Below are positions 1 through 9,704 of a stretch of DNA of 64,000 bases, one piece after another. Every line of letters begins with the position of its first letter. Within the stretch, counting starts at the first letter, position 1. The notes under the pieces were generated by a model. That model was not told the origin of the DNA. It ran no database searches and saw only the letters and a program-made list of their open reading frames with translations. A program made the position numbers and the translations under genes. The DNA comes from Synechococcus sp. ChBW.bin.23 (GTDB lineage Bacteria > Cyanobacteriota > Cyanobacteriia > PCC-6307 > Cyanobiaceae): NCBI GenBank assembly GCA_037620855.1, contig JASJLK010000091.1:13589-77588 (forward strand), written 5' to 3'.

Positions 1-59
1 GCTTGTTCCAACAACAGCCTTTCAGCTGTCCAACTCTTTTATTTTAAAAAAAAGGTGTC

Positions 60-2339
60 ATGAACGCAACCCATGTAACCGATTTTTCAAAAAACCCCGT
101 TCTCCCTCCGCCAGTTCTAGTGGTGGTCGATGTTTGGCTTGAAGCTGGTCGGGATGGTCGCACCTTTACCTACTGCGATCGCAAGCAGCTGAATATCCGT
201 TTAGGTGATCTTGTTCAGGTGTCTCTTCGTGGTCGTCGCATTCAAGGGTTAGTCACGGCTTGCCGCACAGAACCTGAGGATGAGAATCGCCCGCTTCAGC
301 CGGTGGAAGCTCTCCTTCAACCCGTTGCAGTCGGACATGCCTGGAGGTTGTGGCTTGAGGAGATGGCGCAGCGTTGCCACACAAGCCCATTTCGAATGTT
401 AAAAGCAGCTCTCCCTCCTGGTTGGTTGGGGCAGCGAGTGGTTTCAACCGTGAAGGAACGCAGACTGTGGTGGGTGTCTTTGTCTGAAAGTAGCGCCAGT
501 TCGGATGCTGACTTGCCAGAACGACAGGCCTGCTTGGTCGCGAAGTTGCAGGAGTTAGGGGGAGGCGCGTGGCAGCGAGACCTCGTTGCTGCAGGTTTTC
601 AATCAGGACTTGTGCAAGCTCTGGTGCGCCGAGAGCGTCTGGTTCGTGAGCTGTGTCTCGCCACTGATGCGCAACTAAGCCCGCTTTCGCTGGGCTTGGC
701 TCCGGTGACCGAAGCTCCGAGAACCCTCACCGACGAACAGCAGGTTGCGATCGATACCTTTAAAGATCAACCCGATGGTGGGGGTGTGCTGCTTTGGGGG
801 ATCACCGGTTCAGGCAAGACCGAGGTGTACCTTCAGCTCGCTGCTGATGAGTTGGCTGCAGGACAGCATGTTTTGCTGCTGACTCCTGAAATTGGTCTCA
901 TTCCCCAGCTGGTGGATCGCTGTCGGCGTCGATTTGGTTCTCGAGTGCACGAGTATCACAGTGGTTGCACGGAACGAGAACGGGTCCGAACCTGGCGCAA
1001 CAGCCTGGATGCAGAGAAGCCGCTCGTCATCGTTGGCACTCGCTCGTCCATTTTTCTGCCGCTCAGCCCCTTGGGTTTGATCGTGTTGGACGAGGAGCAC
1101 GACAGTTCCTATAAGCAGGAGTCCCCGATGCCCTGTTACCACGCTCGTGATCTTGCGTTGGCGAGAGTGCAACGAGAGGGAGGTCGTGTGTTGCTGGGAA
1201 GTGCAACACCCTCCCTCGAAACCTGGATTCAGCTAGCCCCAGAAGGGCCGTTGGCCTTAGCTCGACTTCAACAGCGCATCTCGGCTCAACCTTTGCCGCC
1301 GGTACAGATTATCGACATGCGCCATGAGCTCGCCGATGGCCATCGGCGCTTGATCAGCAGGGCGCTGATGGATCGGTTGTCGAAACTTCCCGAACAAGGC
1401 GAACAGGCGGTTGTATTGGTGCCCCGCCGCGGACACAGCACGTTTTTGAGCTGCCGAAGCTGTGGTGAGGTCGTGCAGTGCCCGCACTGCGATGTGGCGC
1501 TAACCGTTCATGGGAAAAGCACCGGTCACCAGTGGCTGCGTTGCCACTGGTGTGATCATCGAGCCCCGGTTGCAACGAACTGCGGGCATTGTGGTTCGTC
1601 GGCTTTTAAGCCATTCGGCGCTGGAACTCAAAGGGTTTTGGAACAGCTGGAGTCTGAGTTGGAGGGACTGAGGTTGTTGCGCTTTGATCGCGACACCACC
1701 GGTGGACGAGACGGACATCGGCGTCTGTTGGATCAATTTGCAGCTGGTGAAGCTGATGTCTTGGTTGGAACCCAAATGCTGGCGAAAGGGATGGACCTGC
1801 CGCGCGTCACGCTTGCCGCCGTGTTGGCCGCTGATGGCCTATTGCATCGTCCCGATCTCCGGGCTGGGGAGCAAGCGCTTCAGCTGTTATTGCAACTGGC
1901 AGGCAGGGCTGGCCGTGGGGAGCGTCCCGGGCAAGTGCTCGTTCAGACCTATAGCCCTGATCATCCGGTGATCTTGCATTTAGTGGATGGTCGTTATGAG
2001 CGCTTTCTGGAGGAGGAAGCTCGAGAGCGCCGCGAAGCCGGATTGGTGCCCTATGCCAGGGCTTGCGTGTTGCGGCTGTCTGGGACGTCCGCATCCACAA
2101 CGGCAACAGCAGCAGCTGTGTTGGCCGAACAACTGCGCCCAGGTTGCATCGATGCCGGTTGGCAGCTCATTGGTCCAGCTCCAGCTCCGGTGGCACGAGT
2201 TGCTGGTCGCAGTCGCTGGCAGCTGTTGATGCATGGTCCACAAGCTTCGCCTTTGCCTTTGCCGCCCGGGAGCTCTCTGTGGGATGGCTTGCCCAGTGGT
2301 GTGGCACTGGCTGTTGATCCAGACCCACTTCAGCTCTGA
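60..2339 (+). CDS. priA: Primosomal protein N' (replication restart helicase)
   Basis: Walker A GITGSGKT, DEEH box, two CxxC pairs twice (CRSC/CPHC, CHWC/CGHC Zn module), QLAGRAGR motif VI. True start may be slightly downstream. Confidence 0.95.
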   Translation: MNATHVTDFSKNPVLPPPVLVVVDVWLEAGRDGRTFTYCDRKQLNIRLGDLVQVSLRGRRIQGLVTACRTEPEDENRPLQPVEALLQPVAVGHAWRLWLEEMAQRCHTSPFRMLKAALPPGWLGQRVVSTVKERRLWWVSLSESSASSDADLPERQACLVAKLQELGGGAWQRDLVAAGFQSGLVQALVRRERLVRELCLATDAQLSPLSLGLAPVTEAPRTLTDEQQVAIDTFKDQPDGGGVLLWGITGSGKTEVYLQLAADELAAGQHVLLLTPEIGLIPQLVDRCRRRFGSRVHEYHSGCTERERVRTWRNSLDAEKPLVIVGTRSSIFLPLSPLGLIVLDEEHDSSYKQESPMPCYHARDLALARVQREGGRVLLGSATPSLETWIQLAPEGPLALARLQQRISAQPLPPVQIIDMRHELADGHRRLISRALMDRLSKLPEQGEQAVVLVPRRGHSTFLSCRSCGEVVQCPHCDVALTVHGKSTGHQWLRCHWCDHRAPVATNCGHCGSSAFKPFGAGTQRVLEQLESELEGLRLLRFDRDTTGGRDGHRRLLDQFAAGEADVLVGTQMLAKGMDLPRVTLAAVLAADGLLHRPDLRAGEQALQLLLQLAGRAGRGERPGQVLVQTYSPDHPVILHLVDGRYERFLEEEARERREAGLVPYARACVLRLSGTSASTTATAAAVLAEQLRPGCIDAGWQLIGPAPAPVARVAGRSRWQLLMHGPQASPLPLPPGSSLWDGLPSGVALAVDPDPLQL

Positions 2340-2341
2340 AC

Positions 2342-3430
2342 TCAGGACGGTAATTCCGGGTAGCCGAAACCCATGATCAGCCGAAGCCGTTGCAGGCTGG
2401 CGGTCAACACAAGCAACGCCAAGATCGCGAGACTGCCCAACCCAAGGCGGCTCCAACGCCATTGACTCCACTGCAAATGATTCTGAACGCCAATCGTGAG
2501 CGGCCAGATGAGCTCACCCTTTGTATTTTTGCTCGCCACGGCAGGGCTGCTTTGCAAGCTGCGCAAGCTCGCTTGGTCCCCAAGGCGTACCGCAATTTGC
2601 AGCTCATTCAGGCTCTCAAGAGCGCTGAGATCCAGCTCTAAGAGCAGCTCTTGCTTAAGACCCACGAGCCAATTGCGCTCTTTCAGATTGAGGGTGGGTG
2701 CGGGCAATACAAGGCCGACGGTTCGTCCTGCTGCCGCGACCGTTTGGCTGAGGAGTGCAGCGGCGTCTTCACTGCTTTGGGTTGGTGCTTTCACCTCAAG
2801 GTGACCGTTGCCTGCGTTTCGAATGTTCCAAGGCAGATGCATTGCCCTCAACTCCTGGCTGAACGCGTCCTGCCAAGGAAGTTTTAAGCCACTGCGGCTG
2901 TCGATCGTCCAAGCCATCTCAACCCTGTCTGGTCCTGGGAGACTGAGGTCTGCGGTGATGCGTACGCAGCCGCTCAACAGGAGCGTTAGCGCTACCAGCA
3001 CGGCGATGACCAGCACCGCGAAGCCAGCTGCTGGGGCTCGGGTTGGACCGGTAGGAGGTGATGGCGGTGGCAGTTTGCGGCGACTCAACAGCTTTGGACG
3101 TTTGCCGACACTTGGATCCATCTCCAAAGTCGGGAGTTGCATCGACCAGCTCTCAGGTCTTGCCAGGCTTGGCGCCTCAAGAACATCCAGCAACTGCCGC
3201 GCCCTGTTGCGCAGCTCTAGATCTCTGCAACGAGTGAGCAATCGGCAGGTGCTCAGCGCCTTGCTCTCATCTCCCTTTCCCATCCAAGCTGTGACCAACA
3301 GCATGCGGATCTCAACCCCTTGACTCTCACTGATCGGGTTGGCTTCTGCGAGCGGCTCCAATAATGCGATGCATTGGCCGTAATCGCCACGCTCGAGAGC
3401 GGCTTCCGCGGCTGCCAGTGCATTGGTCAT
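2342..3430 (-). CDS. DUF3153-like membrane/lipoprotein with N-terminal TPR-like helices
   Basis: TPR-like N-terminus (AEAALERGDYGQC), Pro-rich linker, hydrophobic helix ending in LSGC, C-terminal TM helix; 3 nt downstream of the argB stop. Family name from recall. Confidence 0.65.
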   Translation of the reverse strand: MTNALAAAEAALERGDYGQCIALLEPLAEANPISESQGVEIRMLLVTAWMGKGDESKALSTCRLLTRCRDLELRNRARQLLDVLEAPSLARPESWSMQLPTLEMDPSVGKRPKLLSRRKLPPPSPPTGPTRAPAAGFAVLVIAVLVALTLLLSGCVRITADLSLPGPDRVEMAWTIDSRSGLKLPWQDAFSQELRAMHLPWNIRNAGNGHLEVKAPTQSSEDAAALLSQTVAAAGRTVGLVLPAPTLNLKERNWLVGLKQELLLELDLSALESLNELQIAVRLGDQASLRSLQSSPAVASKNTKGELIWPLTIGVQNHLQWSQWRWSRLGLGSLAILALLVLTASLQRLRLIMGFGYPELPS

Positions 3431-3433
3431 TGA

Positions 3434-4291
3434 TTAACCGCGGCCCAGAACCATCGTTCCGATGCCTGTATCGGTAAACACTTCAAGGAGCAGGGCGTGG
3501 GGGACACGTCCATCCACGATGTGCGCTGCAGCAACCCCTTGAGCCAGGGCACGAATGCAACATTCAGTTTTGGGCGTCATCCCACCGGCAACAACACCGT
3601 CGTGGATCAATTGCCGTGCCTCAGACAGTCTGAGTTGTCGGATCAGGGAGTCGGGGTTGTCGCGATCGCGAAGGATTCCTGGGGTGTCAGTTAGCAAAAC
3701 CAATTTTTCTGCTTCGAGTGCAGCGGCAAGCTCACCAGCAACCGTGTCGGCATTGATGTTGTGAGATTTCCCTTCAGGGTTGGCAGCCACGCTTGAAATC
3801 ACCGGAACGTATCCCCGTGCCAGGAGTGGTTCCAATACATCTGGATTCACCCGTGCCACATCGCCGACCAAGCCGTGGTTGCCATCACCCCAGGGACGTG
3901 CCTCGACCAGTCGGCCGTCACTACCGCTGAGACCTACAGCACTTGCTCCCAGTCGGTTGAGTCCATTGACGATCTGTTTGTTCACGCGGCCGACAAGAAC
4001 CATCTCCACCACGTCCATCGTGTCGGCATCGGTAACTCGCAAGCCGTCACGAAATTCAGAGGGAATATTGAGCCGCTTCAACCAAGTGTTGATCTCTGGG
4101 CCTCCGCCATGAACCACCACCGGTTGCACTCCCACACTGGCCAGTAGGGCGATGTCGCGAAAGACGGCATCACGCAGCTCTGCGTGGACCATTGCCGCGC
4201 CGCCGTACTTGACAACGATTCGCCGACCAGCGAATCGTTGGATGTAAGGGAGGGCCTCGCTCAGGACGGAGACCCGTAGGGAATCATCCAT
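3434..4291 (-). CDS. argB: Acetylglutamate kinase
   Basis: [27 protein letters not shown] motifs. Confidence 0.95.
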   Translation of the reverse strand: MDDSLRVSVLSEALPYIQRFAGRRIVVKYGGAAMVHAELRDAVFRDIALLASVGVQPVVVHGGGPEINTWLKRLNIPSEFRDGLRVTDADTMDVVEMVLVGRVNKQIVNGLNRLGASAVGLSGSDGRLVEARPWGDGNHGLVGDVARVNPDVLEPLLARGYVPVISSVAANPEGKSHNINADTVAGELAAALEAEKLVLLTDTPGILRDRDNPDSLIRQLRLSEARQLIHDGVVAGGMTPKTECCIRALAQGVAAAHIVDGRVPHALLLEVFTDTGIGTMVLGRG

Positions 4292-4302
4292 GCTGCAGCT
4301 GC

Positions 4303-4869
4303 TCAGGGCTCTCCATGCTCGCCTGTCGTGGCGTCACTCTTTGGAAGCAGGGTCAAATCGAGTTGATCGTTCTGCAATGGCAGGATTTGCGCTTCCAAGC
4401 CTTTGGCGAAAAAACGACCTAAGCGCCCGCGGCGTTCTTGCCAACGCTCGAGACCGACGGCTTCACACGCAAAACGCATCCTTAGGCCATATCCGTCTTC
4501 ACTATTGATTTCTTCAATTTCCAGAAGCTGAGAAGGCTTGTCTTCGTCCCAGAGTTTCAACGCTTCAAGAGAGCTCTCGAGGTGAGCTTTCTGCCCATAG
4601 CGCCAGCGCGTGACGTCATTCAGCAGCTTGACCAGTTCAGGAGACGCAGCCTCGCGTTCCTCGCGAAATTTTGCTTTGGGTATTACCCGGCGTGCTGGGG
4701 GGAGTTCTGAGGATTTGAGCGCAAGACCTCCTAGAAGAATCGGGATTCCATAAAAAATGGTGGGCAGGCTGAGATTGGCATTGCCAGCTCCGTAAGCCAA
4801 AGCACCAACCACGGTAAGGACACCGCCAGCGATGGTGATCAGACTTCCGGGCGAAATGAGCTCGTTCAT
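4303..4869 (-). CDS. DUF2854-like cyanobacterial membrane protein
   Basis: Two N-terminal TM helices, then [14 protein letters not shown] and [12 protein letters not shown]; start moved to MNELISPG at 4869. Confidence 0.7.
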   Translation of the reverse strand: MNELISPGSLITIAGGVLTVVGALAYGAGNANLSLPTIFYGIPILLGGLALKSSELPPARRVIPKAKFREEREAASPELVKLLNDVTRWRYGQKAHLESSLEALKLWDEDKPSQLLEIEEINSEDGYGLRMRFACEAVGLERWQERRGRLGRFFAKGLEAQILPLQNDQLDLTLLPKSDATTGEHGEP

Positions 4870-4936
4870 GGGGGCCCGTGAATTGAAGCCATTGTGACCA
4901 AGAGGGCTGCAGGATGGGAGAAGGAGTACAACAATC

Positions 4937-5131
4937 ATGAACATTCCGTCCGCCCAGCCCGAAGAAACCCGAGAGTTGATTGCTCAGCTGGAGGCGGATC
5001 GAGCTTGGTTGCTCGAACAAATTGATCGAGGCCGCTGGCCGGATTTAAGGCTGGATTTAGCGGCCCTTGAGCGAGAACTGGGTCAGCTCCTATTCCGCGC
5101 TTCAGAGCAATGTTCTGAAAAAAGTCAGTAA
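4937..5131 (+). CDS. Small helical hypothetical protein
   Basis: 64 aa amphipathic ORF filling the gap between the DUF2854 gene and ssb. Confidence 0.55.
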   Translation: MNIPSAQPEETRELIAQLEADRAWLLEQIDRGRWPDLRLDLAALERELGQLLFRASEQCSEKSQ

Positions 5132-5151
5132 ATCTCTGAAGCCTCCTGGCC

Positions 5152-5634
5152 TTAAAAGGGAATATCGTCGGTTTCGGGAACGAGGGGAGAGGTGTTCCAC
5201 TGAGCCGCTGAATCCTGTCCCGCCGCCGCTGGGTTGCTCGCTGATTCGGAGGAATGGGGCGTTTCAGCCGGTACGGGTCGAGCTGGCGCTGTGCGCGCAG
5301 CAGCAGGGGGCTGGCCTTGGCTTGATCCCGCCGCGCTCACTGAATGCAGTCGCGAGAGGGTGAACTCAGCTTTTTTTTCTTTGGTGCCGTCTTGACGGGG
5401 AACAGTGTTCATACGCAATCGGCCTTCAATCACAAGACGCTGCCCTACCTGCACGCGGTTTTGAAGGTCCTGAGCGAGGTTGCCCCATCCCACCACCTTC
5501 AACTGCCCCTTGGGGTCATCGGGTCGGAGAGCATCGAAAGATACGTCCATCTCGGCAATGGGCGTTTGATTGTCTTGGGTGTATCGCAGGGTTGGAGCTT
5601 GAAGGACATCCACCTCGAGCACGCAGTGGTTCAT
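5152..5634 (-). CDS. ssb: Single-stranded DNA-binding protein
   Basis: OB-fold pattern (LRYTQDNQTP, VGWGNLA, IEGRLRM), low-complexity linker, acidic DDIPF tail. Confidence 0.9.
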   Translation of the reverse strand: MNHCVLEVDVLQAPTLRYTQDNQTPIAEMDVSFDALRPDDPKGQLKVVGWGNLAQDLQNRVQVGQRLVIEGRLRMNTVPRQDGTKEKKAEFTLSRLHSVSAAGSSQGQPPAAARTAPARPVPAETPHSSESASNPAAAGQDSAAQWNTSPLVPETDDIPF

Positions 5635-5663
5635 TCTCAGCTTTGACAGTGAGCGCCATCCTG

Positions 5664-6458
5664 ATGCACCGACAGGAGAATCGCCAGGGGACTGTCTGGT
5701 TGCTGGCAGGGACGGGTGATGGCCCGCACTTAGCTGCGGTTCTGATCTCGCAGGGCTTCGATGTCCATGTCAGCGTCGTGGGCGCCACGGCTGCTCATCC
5801 CTATCGGGGGATGGACGTGGAAGGGATCCACGTGGGTGCTCTGGGAGGTTCACAGGGAATTTCTCAATGGCTGCAGATGATTCCTGTGGATTGGGTTGTG
5901 GATGCCACTCACCCGTTTGCGCTGAGGATCAGTGACCAGTTGAACCAGGCTTGCAAGGGCTCGGGCCAGGGGTTGGTGCGATTCGAACGGCGGTTGGAGG
6001 CTTTGGGGAAGGCGGTTGTGCTCGGCTCCATGGCTGACCTTGCTGATCAACCCCTATCGGGACGACGACTTCTCCTGGCCCTTGGTGCCCGCCAGTTGGT
6101 TGAAGCAGCGAAGGTCGCTCGTGTCGCAGGGGCCACAGTTTTTGCCCGAGTTCTTCCTTCGCCAATGTCTCTGATTCAGGCAGCGGCAGCAGGCGTTCGT
6201 CCAGAACACTTAGCAGTGGTGCGACCACTCCAGGGTCCCGAGCCAGGTGCACTGGAAGCGGCGGTTTGTAGGCGCTGGGCGATTACAGATGTGGTCTGCA
6301 GGCAGTCGGGAGGAGCAACTGAGGCGCTCTGGGCGAGCCTGTCGATGGAGATGGGGTTTGAGTTATGGCTCCTGCGCCGACCTTCACCCATTGCTGAAGT
6401 TCCTGTTGTGCATAGCGTTAGCCAGCTTCTGGCGCATCTGAATGGCACAACACCCTGA
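5664..6458 (+). CDS. cobK: Precorrin-6A/cobalt-precorrin-6A reductase
   Basis: LLAGTGDG, VVDATHPFA, VCRQSGG motifs; start moved to 5664. Confidence 0.85.
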   Translation: MHRQENRQGTVWLLAGTGDGPHLAAVLISQGFDVHVSVVGATAAHPYRGMDVEGIHVGALGGSQGISQWLQMIPVDWVVDATHPFALRISDQLNQACKGSGQGLVRFERRLEALGKAVVLGSMADLADQPLSGRRLLLALGARQLVEAAKVARVAGATVFARVLPSPMSLIQAAAAGVRPEHLAVVRPLQGPEPGALEAAVCRRWAITDVVCRQSGGATEALWASLSMEMGFELWLLRRPSPIAEVPVVHSVSQLLAHLNGTTP

Positions 6459-6774
6459 TCCTTTGTGGTTTGTATTAACCACCGAGGCTGATCAACAGAG
6501 AGCCTCTGCACTCGCAGAGCAGCTGATCATCCGTGAGCTTGCAGCTTGCGTGAGCTTTCAGGCCATTCAGTCTTCCTACCGTTGGGAAGGACGGGTTGAG
6601 CATGCCGATGAAGTGCAGCTTTTGATCAAGACCACGGCACCCGGTTTGAAAGCGGTGCTCGGGGTTATTGAGGCGTGCCATAGCTACGACAACCCCGAGA
6701 TTCTTCACTGGCAAGCACAGCCATCACACGCCTATGGCGCTTGGGCCGCGGCGTCTATCAATCCAGATGCTTAG
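6442..6774 (+). CDS. cutA: CutA divalent-cation tolerance protein
   Basis: LAACV, SSYRWEG, EVQLLIKT, HSYDNPEI motifs. Confidence 0.9.
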   Translation: MAQHPDPLWFVLTTEADQQRASALAEQLIIRELAACVSFQAIQSSYRWEGRVEHADEVQLLIKTTAPGLKAVLGVIEACHSYDNPEILHWQAQPSHAYGAWAAASINPDA

Positions 6775-7771
6775 CGATCAGATCAGGCAGAGAAACTTTT
6801 GAGCGAGGCCCTAATTGGGTCACGACCTGTCCGGCACAGATGGACCCCATTTTGCCGCAGACGTCTAATGGGAAGTCATGGGTGTAGCCATGAAGGAAGC
6901 CACCTGCATAGAGGTCGCCTGCTCCTGTGGTGTCGACGAGATCTCCGAGCTTGTAGGAGGGGATTTCCCAGCGCTGATCACCGCAGAGAACCACAGATCC
7001 TTGAGCGCTGCGGGTTAGTACGGCCACGCTGCAGCGACCTTTCACTTGCTCGAGCGCGCTTTCGAAGTCAGCTGCTCCGTAAAGCGATTTGATCTCATCC
7101 TCATTGGCAAAGAGCACATCCACATGTCCGTCAACAAGCTCGAGAAAGCTTTCACGGTGACGGTCGACGCAGAAGCCATCGGATAGTGACAGGGCTACTT
7201 GTCCGCCGCTTTCCCGGCAGGCTTCAGCGGCTGTGATGAAGGCCTTTTTTGCTGCAGGACTATCCCAGAGGTAGCCCTCGAGGTAGAGAACCTTGGTGTC
7301 GCGAACCATGGAGAGGTCGAGATCATCAGGGTCCAGTTGGGTTGAGGCACCGAGGTAGGTGCACATGGTGCGTTCAGCATCCGAGGTCACGAGAATGAGG
7401 CAACGGGCCGTGCTCGCACCGCTCACGGCAGCCGGTGTCTCGAAACGTGTCCCGACAGACTGGATGTCGTGGATAAAGATGGCCCCGAGTTGGTCGTCAC
7501 GAACACGACCAATGAAACCGGCCTTGCTCCCGAGTTGAGCGAGGCCAGCGAGTGTGTTTGCGGCTGAACCTCCGGAGGTTTCGAGACCTGGACCGCTGGC
7601 TTCGTAAAGGCTTTTGGCTTGGTCTTCGTCCACAAGGGCCATGCTGCCCTTGCTGAGGTTGTGATCGCTTAGAAACTGGTCCTCGGTTTGAACCAACACG
7701 TCGACGATGGCGTTACCGATGCCCACGACGTCGAGAGAACTAGCAGTGCTGAACCGGGGAGTTGAGGACAT
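6758..7771 (-). CDS. PfkB-family carbohydrate/adenosine kinase
   Basis: GNAIVD, GGSAAN, FANEDE, DTTGAGD PfkB signature. Confidence 0.88.
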   Translation of the reverse strand: MSSTPRFSTASSLDVVGIGNAIVDVLVQTEDQFLSDHNLSKGSMALVDEDQAKSLYEASGPGLETSGGSAANTLAGLAQLGSKAGFIGRVRDDQLGAIFIHDIQSVGTRFETPAAVSGASTARCLILVTSDAERTMCTYLGASTQLDPDDLDLSMVRDTKVLYLEGYLWDSPAAKKAFITAAEACRESGGQVALSLSDGFCVDRHRESFLELVDGHVDVLFANEDEIKSLYGAADFESALEQVKGRCSVAVLTRSAQGSVVLCGDQRWEIPSYKLGDLVDTTGAGDLYAGGFLHGYTHDFPLDVCGKMGSICAGQVVTQLGPRSKVSLPDLIAKHLD

Positions 7772-7845
7772 CTCTGCTGTCGTTAATACAGCGAAAGTAT
7801 GGCTGTTCGTTGGGTCGCTGCCCTGAGGGGGCGATGTGAGCGCGC

Positions 7846-9159
7846 TTAGGCGCTGAGGAGAGCACGCTTAGGGCCATGGATCGGATCTTCCACAACGATC
7901 GTTTGGTCTCGGCTGGCACCGAGGGAAACGATCGCAATCGGCACGTCCATCAGGTCAGCTAGAAATCGTAGGTAGTCCATCGCTGGAGCAGGAAGGTCTT
8001 CGAGTCGACGGCATTCAGCCGTAGAACATTGCCAGCCTGGGAGGGTCTCAAAGATTGGCTTGCAGCGAGCGAAATCTTCGGAGCTGCTGGGGAAGTAATC
8101 GATGCGTTCGCCATCAAGCTCGTAGGCGACTGAAACTTGGATTTCATCCATTTCGTCCAGCACGTCGAGCTTGGTGATCGCAAGGCAATCCAGTCCGTTG
8201 ACTTGAACTGCGTAGCGACCAATCACGCCATCAAACCAGCCACAGCGACGGCGGCGGCCAGTGGTCGTTCCAAATTCTCCGCCTCGATCACACAGCTGGT
8301 CGTTCAAACTTCCAGACAATTCTGTTGGGAAGGGACCCTCTCCAACCCGAGTGGTGTATGCCTTGGCGACTCCAATCACTCTGTCGATCAGGGTCGGACC
8401 TACGCCAGCACCGATGCAGGCACCTCCTGACACTGGGTTGGAGGAGGTCACATAGGGATAAGTCCCGTGGTCGAGGTCGAGCAGAGTCCCTTGCGCGCCC
8501 TCAAAAAGAATGTTTTTGCGGTCGCTTGCTGCTTCATGAATGGCGCGGGTGCAATCCACCACACGAGGGGCTAAGCGTTTTCCGTAAGCCAGATATTCAC
8601 GGATGATCTCTTCAGCATCCAATGGCTTTTCGCCATAAATAGTTTCGAGCAGTTGATTCTTCTCGCTCAGTGGGCCTTCAAGCCGATCACGCAGCCGATC
8701 TTCATCGAGCAGGTCGAGAACACGGATGCCACTTCGCTGAGACTTGTCTGCGTAAGTGGGGCCGATGCCGCGGCCGGTTGTGCCGATTTTGCGTTCACCT
8801 CGTTGCTTTTCCATCGCCAGATCCAAGAGGCGGTGGTAAGGCATTGTGACGTGCGCAGTCGATGCCAATTGGAGGCCTGAAATGTCGATCCCGTTGGAGA
8901 TCAACATGTCGAGTTCTCCAAGCATCACCTTGGGATCAACCACGGTTCCGGAGCCGATCAGGCAAATGGTGTCTGGGTAGAGGATTCCGGAAGGGATCAA
9001 GTGAAGTTTGAGCACTCGACCGTCCACCACGATGGTGTGGCCAGCGTTAACGCCTCCCTGATACCGCACCACGACATCAGCGGAGCGGCTCAGGAGATCG
9101 GTGATCTTTCCTTTCCCCTCGTCACCCCATTGAGCACCGATGACGACAACATTGGCCAA
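7846..9159 (-). CDS. purA: Adenylosuccinate synthetase
   Basis: [31 protein letters not shown]; TTG start at 9159 gives 437 aa. Confidence 0.97.
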   Translation of the reverse strand: MANVVVIGAQWGDEGKGKITDLLSRSADVVVRYQGGVNAGHTIVVDGRVLKLHLIPSGILYPDTICLIGSGTVVDPKVMLGELDMLISNGIDISGLQLASTAHVTMPYHRLLDLAMEKQRGERKIGTTGRGIGPTYADKSQRSGIRVLDLLDEDRLRDRLEGPLSEKNQLLETIYGEKPLDAEEIIREYLAYGKRLAPRVVDCTRAIHEAASDRKNILFEGAQGTLLDLDHGTYPYVTSSNPVSGGACIGAGVGPTLIDRVIGVAKAYTTRVGEGPFPTELSGSLNDQLCDRGGEFGTTTGRRRRCGWFDGVIGRYAVQVNGLDCLAITKLDVLDEMDEIQVSVAYELDGERIDYFPSSSEDFARCKPIFETLPGWQCSTAECRRLEDLPAPAMDYLRFLADLMDVPIAIVSLGASRDQTIVVEDPIHGPKRALLSA

Positions 9160-9249
9160 AGAATCGGCGGCCCGAAGCCGCATTTCTGCACAATCCAGAA
9201 CTCTCGCAGACAATCGTGCCTGCGGTCAAAGTGCTGTTCGATTTTGTGA

Positions 9250-9672
9250 TTAAGTGCCGCGAACTGCTGCTTTCTCGGCCTTGCCCAACTCCTTGTCGAT
9301 CCTGGCTCTCAGAGCATCAGGAACGGGACGGTTGGTGTAATTGTTGTAGTGACCAGCCAAGGAGTTGAGTGCGGTCTGCATGGTCGTGAATGAACTCAAG
9401 CCGTTCAACTTGGGACGTGCTCTGTAACGAGAGACGTAGTCGGTGATTAAGTCGCGGGCCTCTCCTTCAGCTTCTTGGCGATTTGCCGCGTCCTGGGGCA
9501 ACTCCAAAATGTCGTGAATGGTGTGGGCAACAGCAACGGTGTCTTGGACGTAGTCCCCGGTAAGGGTGGAAGATTCGTTTCCGCAGGCCGTAACGAGCAA
9601 AGAAAGCGCAAGGCAAAGGGCCAGGCTCACATTGATTAGACGGCGAGTGAGGCGTTTCAGTACGGCGATCAT
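9250..9672 (-). CDS. psb27: Photosystem II assembly lipoprotein Psb27
   Basis: Lipobox VTAC, LTGDYVQDT, SFTTMQTALNSLAGHY; start moved to MIAVLK at 9672. Confidence 0.9.
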   Translation of the reverse strand: MIAVLKRLTRRLINVSLALCLALSLLVTACGNESSTLTGDYVQDTVAVAHTIHDILELPQDAANRQEAEGEARDLITDYVSRYRARPKLNGLSSFTTMQTALNSLAGHYNNYTNRPVPDALRARIDKELGKAEKAAVRGT

Positions 9673-9704
9673 GACCGGAGGAAATTTGGTGGACTTTACG
9701 CGGC

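Noticed and set aside
5371-5378. A8 run in ssb (A AAA AAA) as a programmed frameshift or slippage site
   Set aside because: Explained by Glu-Lys-Lys codons; the frame is intact to the DDIPF tail and no stimulatory element was evident.
5592-5663. Cobalamin riboswitch near cobK or cobO
   Set aside because: There is almost no intergenic space (cobK starts 29 nt from ssb; cobO overlaps its upstream gene) and no B12-box was seen.
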